Origin: Azolla caroliniana
Taxonomy: Eukaryota > Plantae > Polypodiophyta
Assembly (NCBI GenBank): GCA_043228905.1
Contig: JBHGNT010000011.1
Coordinates: forward strand, 11,470,001-11,534,000
DNA length: 64,000 bases
Direction: 5' to 3'
Shown here: one piece after another, positions 1-9,534 of the stretch
How positions within the stretch are numbered: position 1 is the stretch's first letter
Layout: each line of letters starts with the position of its first letter
Made by a program: the position numbers and the translations under genes
The notes under the pieces: generated by a model
The model's input: the letters and a program-made list of their open reading frames with translations, nothing else
What the model was told of the DNA's origin: nothing
Databases searched by the model: none

Positions 1-66
1 CCGCTCTGCCATACTTTCCTTGCCGTCGCTTCCCCGGCATAGTGTCCTCCGGCAACCCCACAGTTT

Positions 67-76
67 TGGCGACCAC
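67..76 (+). promoter_or_regulatory. Primer-binding site, probably tRNA-Arg
   Basis: TGGCGACCAC is complementary to the ...GUGGUCG-CCA end of plant tRNA-Arg(UCG) as I recall it; only a 10-nt match. It lies 35 nt upstream of the gag ATG. Confidence 0.6.
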
Positions 77-111
77 GATTCCTGCTTTCTCGCAGCGAAC
101 GACGGTAATGG

Positions 112-3100
112 ATGACTAGACCAACGCACGACTTGGTTACAGACCGAGCTCGACGCCTCGCCGAACGGCAAAGACGGCGTGAGACTTTCCAGCAAGCAGC
201 GCAGGAAATTCGCTCGGATCGTTCGTTCTCCAACGAGATCCGGAGAGTCGCGGAGGAATCTCTCCGGTTACGGCAAACTCGCGACCAGGACGACGGAAGC
301 AGTCTAAGTAGTCTCCGGGAAACCGAACGACTCCTGGCGGCGCTGGCAAGCGGAGAAAACGAGGCAGAAGCCTTTTCAGCCTACGAATCGGATTCCGAAG
401 GGGGATACAGCGTGCACACGAACTACTGGAGCAGCAACGATACCCCCGGCGGCCCGGAGGACGACGGGTCGGATACCGTGCCGACTCTAGAACCGGAACC
501 GCTCAACCAGGGCTATCCGGAACCGCAAACGGAAGCCGTCAACCCACCAACACCGGAATTGGAAGAAGCAAAACCACCGACACCAACGAAAGAGCCGGCA
601 AAGGTACCGGAAGAAGAGCCGGTGAAGGAACCGGAAAAAGAACCGGAAAAAGCACCGGCAAAAGAACCGGAAGTGGAACCGGAGAGAAAACCGGAAAGTT
701 ATCAACAAACGCCACTAAACCGCGGCCTAATACTGGACGACGACATGCCGTTCCAATATTCAAAGTATCGCGATGATCCGGACGCGGAAGCGCATGTTCA
801 TGACTTCGAGCAGACGTGGGAAGCAAATCACACGTCCCAGCGAATGACACCGGAGGAAGAGGAACGCTCGAAGATAGCGGAATTCGGAGTCACGTTGGAG
901 GGACCGGCGACACGATGGCGGCGTACGCAGGACCCGGCGACCATCACAACCTTTGCAGAATAAAAAGCAAAATTCTTGCATTTTTTCCACAAGGAGGTCG
1001 ACCAGACGACAATGGTGGGCCTGTTTTATACGATCCGGCAGGGGGCAGGGGAAAGCATTCCCCAATTCGTCATCCGTTTCCAACGAATGCATAGCCAGCT
1101 GGCCCGTGCACCCCCGGAGGAGGAATTACGAACGATATTTTTAAACGCACTCCGGGAACCGTTACGCACGGTGTGTACGGTAATCGACTTTCGAGGATGC
1201 ACCATCGACCAGGTCATTGACCGGGTCAGAGAAATGGAAAAGACAAGCTCATGGCTTACGCTGGGAACACTGCAACGGGCGTTACCCACCGAGGAAGATC
1301 TCCGGTTCCGGCAGGCAATTCAATGCACAATCTGCTTGAATGCTGGACACTCGGCAGTAGAGTGCACCATGCGCACTCAGTGTGTGATTTGTCAATCCAA
1401 GAGTCATACAACGGACCGGTGCGAGTACAACCTGTTAAATCGACAAGCACCACCCGTCCGACGGATCGAGCCAAGAAGCAGCCGAGACGAAGATGACGAT
1501 CGTTGGCAAAGAATGAACCGGTACCCACCGGCACAGGATGTCCGGTACGGGGACAGGCAAGAGAATGATGGCCGGTACGGGAATCGGCGTGATAACTACG
1601 ACCGGTATGAGCGATCGGACCGTTATCGGGAGCCCAACAGACGACACGAGCAATACGACAGAGACCATTCCCCGGGTTACCGAAGGCACCAGGAGGACTA
1701 CGGCCGATTTTACGATCTACCACGACCGGACTACCGAAATAAAAATAAGAATAATAAGAAACGTAATTTCAAGAAAGGTGGTCACACTAGGGACCCGGAA
1801 CAGGGAACCCCAAGGAGCCAACCGGCACAGAACGCACCACTCACTACGGGACCGACCCCGGCTACCAGCAATGCTGAATCCAACAATACCCGTAAAGAGT
1901 ACTGCTACTACTGCAGGCAGGAAGGCCACTACAGTAACCAGTGCCCGGTAAAGAGCTACGAGAAACGACCAGCAGTTAATATGGTGGTTCCGGAAGTGAC
2001 GGATGTACAGCAGGTAACCACACGGTCGAAAGGCAGGGCCAAAGAGTGGGAAACACAAGAGGCCATACGAAAGCAGGCGACGGAATGGGTGAAGGAAGCC
2101 AATGAAAGGAACGTCGCGGACGCGGAACGGCAAAAGGCAAATACCATAGGGAGTGCCGGCGGTAGCCACCCAGAAAACGAGACATGGCAAGCACTGCAAG
2201 AATGTCAGATCACGTTACCATTAGGAAGACTCTTGCAGCTCGTGCCGCGATTCACAGAAGGACTAAAAACGGTCATGACAGACGGTATAGCCCCACCGGC
2301 ACCAGTCCTCTTCTCGAACCCGGAGGAGGGACCGACGGTAGTGGACACTAGCAGTCCGGTGATTACAACTATTGTCAAAGGGCACGAACTGCCCGGCACA
2401 GTAATCGATGGAGGTTCCGGGGTGAACGTAATAAGCCTCCACACGTGTAATGCCTTGGGTATAGATGAATGGGAGCCATGTCCGTTCTGGCTACGGATGG
2501 CGGATACGAGCTCTGTACGGCCGACGGGCTTAATACGGAAATTGGAAGTCACCATAGGAGGTCACACATTCCACATCTCGGCCGTAGTGCTGCAGCTACA
2601 GACGCAAGGCGCGTACCCACTGTTGCTGGGCAGACCATGGTTGAAAACAGCGCACATCAAGCAAAATTGGCGGAAAAATATGATTACCTTCCGGCGCGGA
2701 AAAGCCAAGGTCCGGGTTCCGACACAACCACGGACGAGCAACGGTAAGGAATGCACACCGCTATATGTGGAATGCGTGAACATGCTGGAAGGGTTGGCAG
2801 ACGACGAAGAAGCCCAGTACTTGGAGGAACACCCGAAGATCGTACCACTCTTCGAGATAGACGTGGCTGAAGCCGTAGCGCCATACTTGCCGCAGCGGGA
2901 CGAAACCGAGGCCGAACCAGACAAAGATGCGATTCGGGAATTACGGCAAGCACAGGAAGCGCTGGAACGAGAAATGGCCGTTTCCCAACGGGTAAAAGCA
3001 TCCCAGCTCGACGAAGTGAACCTAGGAAGCAAGGACGAATCAAAGCCGGTACACATCGCCAAAGAAATGAAGCCGGAAGATAAAGCGGCGATGATCAAAC

Positions 3101-5976
3101 TTCTCACGGAGTTTCGCGACGTATTCGCCTGGTCATATGAAGACATGCGAGGGCTGGACCCTCAATTATATCAGCATCAGATCCACTTAGGCAAGGACGC
3201 GAAACCAGTGGCGCAACGACGTTACCGAATGAACCCCAACTACGCCGCCAAAGTGAAGGAGGAAATCGACAAACTCCTAAGAGTGGGCTTCATCCGGCCG
3301 GTAAAGAAAGCGACGTGGCTGAGCCCCATCGTCGTCGTTCCCAAGAAGAACGGTAAAATCCGCGTGTGTGTAGATTACAGGAAACTAAATGCCGCCACAA
3401 TTACGGATGCATTCCCTCTTCCGTTCACGGATGGAGTACTGGATGCCGTCGCCGGCCATGAAGTTTATAGCTTTTTAGACGGCTTCAGCGGATACAATCA
3501 AATCCGGATGCACCCCGACGACCAGGAGAAGACAGCGTTCGTCACCGAATGGGGGGTGTTTGTGGCCAAAGTAATGATGTTCGGCCTAAAAACGGCACCA
3601 GCAACTTTCCAGCGAATCATCATGGAGATCTTCGGCGAATACATTCCTGCCTTCATGCAAGTTTTCCTGGATGATTTTGCAGTCTATAGCCGGGGAAAAG
3701 ACCATTTGCAGCACCTACGGTTATGCCTTGAAAAGTGTAGGTTATACCGGCTAAGCTTAAACCCAGCAAAATGCATCTTTGGGGTTTCAAGTGGAATATT
3801 GCTGGGACACATTGTAAGTAAGGAGGGCATTGCGGTCGACCCGGACAAAGTAAACGCCATACTAGGGGCACCGGCGCCGAAAACGGCCAAAGCACTAAGC
3901 CGATTCTTAGGACAGATCCGGTGGCACAGCCGGATGCTCCGTCACTTGGCTGACTTGGCTACACCATTACACACCGCGGTACATCGGACACCGTTCCAAT
4001 GGACGGATACGGAGGATAAGGCATACAATGCCCTGAAGGTACTTTTATCGCAAGCACCCATCGTGCAGCCTCCGGATTGGAGCAAGGAATTTCACGTATT
4101 CGTGGACGCTTCCGACATCGCTATTGGCAGCGCTTTAATGCAACTTACGGAGCCTAAATGGTACCGGCCGGTATATTACGCCAGCCGGAAGCTGTCACAA
4201 GCGGAGAAGAACTATTCCACGACGGAACGGGAGGCCCTGGGCATGATCTACAGTGTAACAAAGTTTCGTCATTACCTATTGGGAAGGAAGTTCTCCTTCC
4301 ATGTGGATCACTCGGCGCTCCTGTACTTAGTGTCCAAGGCGTCCCTGACCGGTAAGTTGGCCCGTTGGACCTTGCTGTTGCAGGAGTTCGAATTCGAGAT
4401 TTTCCACCGGCCCGGTATCCAGCATGCCGTAGCAGACTACCTGAGCCGGTTAGAGTCCGGAGAACCAGGCGACGGAGTAGTGGATGAATTCCCGGACGCA
4501 GAGTTATTCCGTATCACCCCGAAAACGGCAGCGGACGACACGGTGGCATCAGAAGATAGATGGCTGACAAACATGCACCAGTTCCTAAGCACGGGCCTGC
4601 CACCGGAGGAAATGAACCGGGACGAGAGGAAACGACTGGCGGTGCAGAGCCGCAATTTCTGTCTGTTACGGGACACTCTCTACCACAAAGGAGCAGATGG
4701 AATATGGAGACGGGCAGTCCGTAGTGACGAGAAAGAAGTAATCTTACGGGAAGCACACTGTGGGGTTGCCGGAGGACACTATGCCGGGGAAGCGACGGCA
4801 AGGAAAGTATGGCAGAGCGGCTTATGGTGGCCCACGACGTTAAAAGACGCCGTCAAGTATGCTAAGGAATGTGACCTATGCCAACGAATGGGCCAGCCTA
4901 CGGAGCAAGCACGGATGCCACACCAACCGGTACTTCCACTAGAGCCATTCCAGAAGTGGGGGTTGGATTTTGTCGGACCGTTCAAGCCACCGGCAATGAG
5001 AACAGGTAATCGTTATGTCATCGTGGCAACGGATTATTGCACTAAATGGGTGGAGGCTAAGGCCTTGAGAGACAATACCGCGTCATCCACAGCAAAATTC
5101 CTGTACGAAAACATTTGGTGCCGATATGGATGTCCGATTGAATTAATCAGCGACCAAGGAGGGCACTTCCTCGGCCAGGTAGTGGAAAGCTTAACAACGT
5201 TCTATGCCGTGGTTCATAAACGGAGCACACCGTACTACCCACAAGCGAACGGGTTAGCAGAGTCCACCAACAAAACGCTGCAGAACATTCTCCGCAAAAT
5301 TGTCAATGAAAACCGGACGGACTGGGACACAAAGCTCCATAGCGCGCTATGGGCGTACAGAACGACATACAAAACAAGTATCCGGACAACGCCGTTCCGG
5401 TTAGCATTCGGCTTAGAAGCGGTCATGCCGGTGGAATTTCAGGTACCAAGCTTACGGATCCAACTACGGGAACGGCTGAATGAAAAGAAGTCGGAGGAAA
5501 TGCGGCTAGCAGCACTATGCGAACTGGAGGAGCAACGGCTGGCCAGCATCCTACACATGGAACTGGAGCAACGACGACGGAAAGCGTTCGTTGACCGTCA
5601 CCGGAAAGGTAATGAGAAGATGTTCGAAATCGGAAAGCCGGTGCTAGTATTCCAAACGAGGATGGGCAAGATGCCGGGTAAACTCCGGTTCAGATGGACA
5701 GGCCCGTATTGGCTGACACGGGAATACAACGGGTCCTATCAGATAGGGACACTTGCCGGTGAAGTACTAGGCAAGTGGGTGAACGGATTTCGACTAAAGC
5801 CCTATAAAGGACCGATGCCAAAGAACCCGTTTATGCAGCTCACCGGCACTACACCGGGATCGGTACGGATCGGTCCGGAAGAAAAAGACGACGGGGAACT
5901 AGTAGCAGAGGCGAAGGAAGACACGGCAAACCGTAAGGAAAACGGTAAGGGTCCGAGGGGACCTACGGATGTGTAA
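112..5976 (+). pseudogene. gag-pol: gag-pol polyprotein of element A with a single in-frame stop (TAA 961-963)
   Basis: ORFs 112-963 and 976-5976 are in the same frame (TFAE*KAKFLHFF). Motifs: CCHC knuckles (CTICLNAGHSAVEC, CVICQSKSHTTDRC, CYYCRQEGHYSNQC), protease IDGGSG, RT LDGFSGYNQI/MMFGLK/FLDD, RNase H VDASD/EREAL, integrase HHCC and DFVGP/SDQG/AE. Confidence 0.93.
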
Positions 5977-5993
5977 GGTCACACACCGTCATC

Positions 5994-6037
5994 AAAAAAA
6001 ACAAAAAACAAAAAAAAAAAAAAAAAAAAAAAAAAAA
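5994..6037 (+). repeat. A-rich tract between pol and the extra ORF
   Basis: Run of about 40 A with three C interruptions. Confidence 0.9.
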
Positions 6038-6363
6038 CATTAAAAATCGAGGTATGAACGGACGTGAAAGCAAGGCGCGAAAAGGTACGTAGTGGGCATT
6101 TAAGAGCCGCCACGTACTTAATACTAAATCGGTACACGACGTGCGCATGCTCGAAAAAAGGCGCCAAGACGCACAGAGAAAAAGAAGAGCGCATGGAGAC
6201 CTTCTTTTTTCGCGAGCCAAGAAGCACAGAAGCACCAAGGCAGTGGAAGCTGAGCAAACGCGAACTTGCACGCAGAGAACCCCCGCGCTCAGAACGCTCT
6301 CTCTCTCGCTCTCACTCTCATCACCACTCTACTTTGCCATCTTCCCTCGACCTAGAAGGAGAC

Positions 6364-9063
6364 ATGGAACCACAAACGCTGTCGGAAGCGGCCAGGAAAT
6401 GGTTCAGGCAACACGGACTGGAGGGGTTCTTGGCCATCATGGAGGCACCGCCGCACAGAGAAGCCGACCGGGTCATCAAGGAGCTCGCCACAGAGGTCAT
6501 CACCGAGGAAGCGATCCGCGCGCTAACAGGCCTTCCGGAGGGAGGAATCTTTCAGATCGATAACCCAACCTCGGAGCAACTCATCCGATATTTCGGTGAG
6601 TACTCTGTTGCCGGCAAAGGCTATCGGACGCAGGGCGGCGAAGATCCGCTATTCAGGGAGATAGCTCGAGTGCTCCATGAGTACAGTCACGTGTACCCCC
6701 GACCCCCTGTCATGCCAAAAAATCGGGCAGGGATGATCATAGCCACCTATGAAGGGATCAAGGTGGACTGGCCGGTGTTGATTGCAGACGGTTTGTGCAT
6801 GGCAATCGACATGGTACGAGGAAAGGACGGCAAGGAGGGCCGGAAGCTGTGGCACGCCGTAGCTCAATGGATAACATTGCTCGTGCCGCCGGTCGAGACC
6901 GTCCAGCCAAAGAAGCGGCCAAGAGTATCGGAAGGAAGCACCTCGAAGCCGGCGTCCAAACGACAGCAGCTGCTGGCGTCAAAGGCGAGGAAAGGGAAGA
7001 AACGGGTCCCAGAACCGGAGGAGGTGTCACTGGTCCCACCCGTCAAGATAACCATACGGAGACCGGGACAGAAGGAACCGGAACCCTTGACGGCACAGAA
7101 ACATGCCGTGACACAGGAAGAGGAAATGGAGGAGCCAGAAGAGCACCTCCAACGACGGTCAAGAAGTAGGACCGCCGAGACAGGAGGGGAGCGGTCGTAC
7201 CCGCGAGAGGCAGAAACGCCCCCAACTCAACCTGAGCAAACCACAAGGGAGGAACCGGAACCGGTGCGTAGGGAACCGGTCTTGTCGACTTCTATAGAAG
7301 AAGTCATTCCAACGGCTCCGGAGACGGCGAGAACCGGAACTCAACAGCCGGCGAGCCCAGCCAGAACACACGGCGGCCAAGGAGTAGAACCAGAACGGCA
7401 TATGCAGGCACTCAGGCCAGACAATTCCACAGTGAATGAGCCGACCCGACCAGTACAACAACAAGGCACCAGTAGCATGTGGCTACGGTGGGTAGGCGAG
7501 CAAATCGCCGGAGTGGTCGAGTATATAGAGGCGGAAGAGAGAGCGCACCAGGAACGGTTGCTCGTCACAACCGTAGATCTAGAAACGGCCCGGTCCAGAA
7601 TCCGGAGCCTTGAACAAGACTTGGACAGGGTCACAAGGGAAATGGCTCAATTCGCTTTGACAACACAAGTCCAAGCACCGGTGACTCCGGGCAATGTACA
7701 GAATAAAGCGGCAGATCAACCTGTACATAGCAATCAGACCCCGGCAACGGAAACCGTTCCGGAGAGAAATGCGGCACAAGCCCAAGAGCTTGCGGATTTA
7801 AAGGATGGGCTAGCTGCCCAAGAAGCGCTGAGGAGCCGCGAAAGAGAATTGAAGACGGCAGCGGAGGCAGAACTCAAAAAGACTGCTGAGAATCTACGCC
7901 GGGCCGAGGAGAGCTTACGGAAAGGCCACCAAGCGTACGACCGGCTCAAGGAGGAGAAGGAGAAAATGCTGCAAGAGAAGGAGAGGCTCCGGAGGAACGC
8001 CGAAACAGAAGTAGAGCGCCTGAAAGAGGAACTCCGGCAGGTAAAGGACCGGGAGGACCGGAACCATCGCCAGATCAACGGCAAGCTCAAACAAAAAACG
8101 GAGGAATTTGAGCAATTGCACTGGGAGTATAAACGGTTGCAAACGGAGCACAAGGAACGGACGGATGAGCTCCGGCAAGCAGTTGATCGGACCGCAACCG
8201 CATTCGCCAAGGAACAAGCGGAAAACAGAAGACGGTTGGAAGAGGCGGAGAAGGTTCGGACAGAGCTCCTCAGGCAACAGCAGGCGGAAAAAGAAAGAGT
8301 GGCGGAGGTACTGCAGAGGCTGCAAACGACATATCAAGGGCAGCTGATGCGCTACAGAGAGCAGGCGGAGGATACGGCAAATCTCATCAAGCAGTTGAAG
8401 GAGGAGCGACAAGTGGTGGAAAGCAGAGCACAAATGGGAGCAAGTCGCATCCAGGATATAATGCGGGCCTGGTTGAACCAGACCAAGACCTTGATTGACA
8501 ACGGTTCCGTCAAATGGTGGACCAAGTGGGCCACGAACGCGGCGGAACTCCAATTGCTCCGGGCTGACGTAGAGAACCGGCGGAAGGAGGGAGATGATTG
8601 CTATATGCTGAATTCCGAAGACTTCACCGGCATAAGAGATGAGCTGGCCGAAGACTTTCAAGCCTTGGCAGAGGACCAACTAGAGCAAGTCCGGCAACTT
8701 GTAGCTCAGCTGGACGACAACAGGCTGGAGGCGCAGATCCAGTTTGAAAGCTACGAGAGGTCCCGGATCTGGGGAGAGAAAGAACGAGAACCGGTTACGG
8801 TCAACCTCAGTGATGAGGAACCGTTACTGGAAGGGGACCGGACCGGAAGCAGCCAAACGGAGATGCCAGAGTCAGAGAGACAAACGGAGCAGCCGGAGTC
8901 AGCGAAACAAACGGAGCAGCAGCAGCAAGCAGAGCAGCCGGAGCAGCCTCAGTCCCAACCGCAACCACAGCAGCAGCAGCAAGCACAGCCGCAGCAACCA
9001 CAACCGGAAGAACAAGTGGAAATTCTTGAACAAAGTATTTTGGACAATTTGGGTGAACAATGA
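6364..9063 (+). CDS. Extra 3' ORF of element A (~899 aa from ATG 6364): globular N-terminus, basic NLS-like patch, disordered linker, long coiled coil, Gln-rich tail
   Basis: Frame is open 6064-9063. ATG 6364 follows a pyrimidine tract ending in CTAG; ATG 6193 is an alternative start. A homologous ORF occurs in the diverged copy at 61447-64000(-). Confidence 0.85.
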   Translation: MEPQTLSEAARKWFRQHGLEGFLAIMEAPPHREADRVIKELATEVITEEAIRALTGLPEGGIFQIDNPTSEQLIRYFGEYSVAGKGYRTQGGEDPLFREIARVLHEYSHVYPRPPVMPKNRAGMIIATYEGIKVDWPVLIADGLCMAIDMVRGKDGKEGRKLWHAVAQWITLLVPPVETVQPKKRPRVSEGSTSKPASKRQQLLASKARKGKKRVPEPEEVSLVPPVKITIRRPGQKEPEPLTAQKHAVTQEEEMEEPEEHLQRRSRSRTAETGGERSYPREAETPPTQPEQTTREEPEPVRREPVLSTSIEEVIPTAPETARTGTQQPASPARTHGGQGVEPERHMQALRPDNSTVNEPTRPVQQQGTSSMWLRWVGEQIAGVVEYIEAEERAHQERLLVTTVDLETARSRIRSLEQDLDRVTREMAQFALTTQVQAPVTPGNVQNKAADQPVHSNQTPATETVPERNAAQAQELADLKDGLAAQEALRSRERELKTAAEAELKKTAENLRRAEESLRKGHQAYDRLKEEKEKMLQEKERLRRNAETEVERLKEELRQVKDREDRNHRQINGKLKQKTEEFEQLHWEYKRLQTEHKERTDELRQAVDRTATAFAKEQAENRRRLEEAEKVRTELLRQQQAEKERVAEVLQRLQTTYQGQLMRYREQAEDTANLIKQLKEERQVVESRAQMGASRIQDIMRAWLNQTKTLIDNGSVKWWTKWATNAAELQLLRADVENRRKEGDDCYMLNSEDFTGIRDELAEDFQALAEDQLEQVRQLVAQLDDNRLEAQIQFESYERSRIWGEKEREPVTVNLSDEEPLLEGDRTGSSQTEMPESERQTEQPESAKQTEQQQQAEQPEQPQSQPQPQQQQQAQPQQPQPEEQVEILEQSILDNLGEQ

Positions 9064-9115
9064 AGGGGCCGAGAAGGGTTTGACGTACAAGGTACTGTCC
9101 CACGGGCGTGCCATG

Positions 9116-9534
9116 TGTTACCGGCCGGCAAGGAGTCCAAAATACGGAGTGAAGGAATTAATTAGATATGGTTGTAAATGAGCATAGTGTGGACGGACGG
9201 ACAGGAAACGGTATGCCGTTCCAGATCCGGACGGATCCCGAATAGGTGCGAGAGGCACCGTTTTGTACTACGGGCCGGAAACCTATTTAAAGGCCCGGAC
9301 CCCATTGTAATGACAGCGGATAATTAATAGAGCTTATGATGTTTGTACTTCTGTCTTGATTTCCGTTCTGTAATTACTGTTATATCTTACGCGTGTAATT
9401 AACCAAAGCATTCTAATCGTGTAACCTACGTAAGTTGGTGTAATCGTTGAATCTTAATCCTATGCCGTAATCACCCTTTGGTGAAGTGTCTCCGTGACAC
9501 CTTGTGTTAGGCCTTGTCCGGCTAGCGAATAACA
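9116..9534 (+). repeat. 3' LTR of element A
   Basis: TGTTA...TAACA termini, TATTTAAA box near 9284, homologous end to end with 60957-61391(-). Confidence 0.8.

Larger units (their letters stand above)
65..9534 (+). mobile_element. Element A: non-chromoviral Ty3/gypsy LTR retrotransposon (Athila/Phygy-like) with extra 3' ORF; 5' LTR absent at the PBS
   Basis: PBS-like TGGCGACCAC at 67-76; gag-PR-RT-RH-IN order; second long ORF; 3' LTR TGTTA...TAACA 9116-9534. Sequence after 9534 resumes in the frame of a different pol (TDLLKG...). Confidence 0.92.

Noticed and set aside
6064-6363. N-terminal 100 aa of the 999-aa ORF call
   Set aside because: Starts at GTG and translates an A-rich then CT-rich low-complexity leader; ATG 6364 (or 6193) is more plausible.
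9116-9534. Hammerhead ribozyme (retrozyme-like) in the A LTR
   Set aside because: No CUGANGA core with a properly placed GAAA and flanking stems found by eye.
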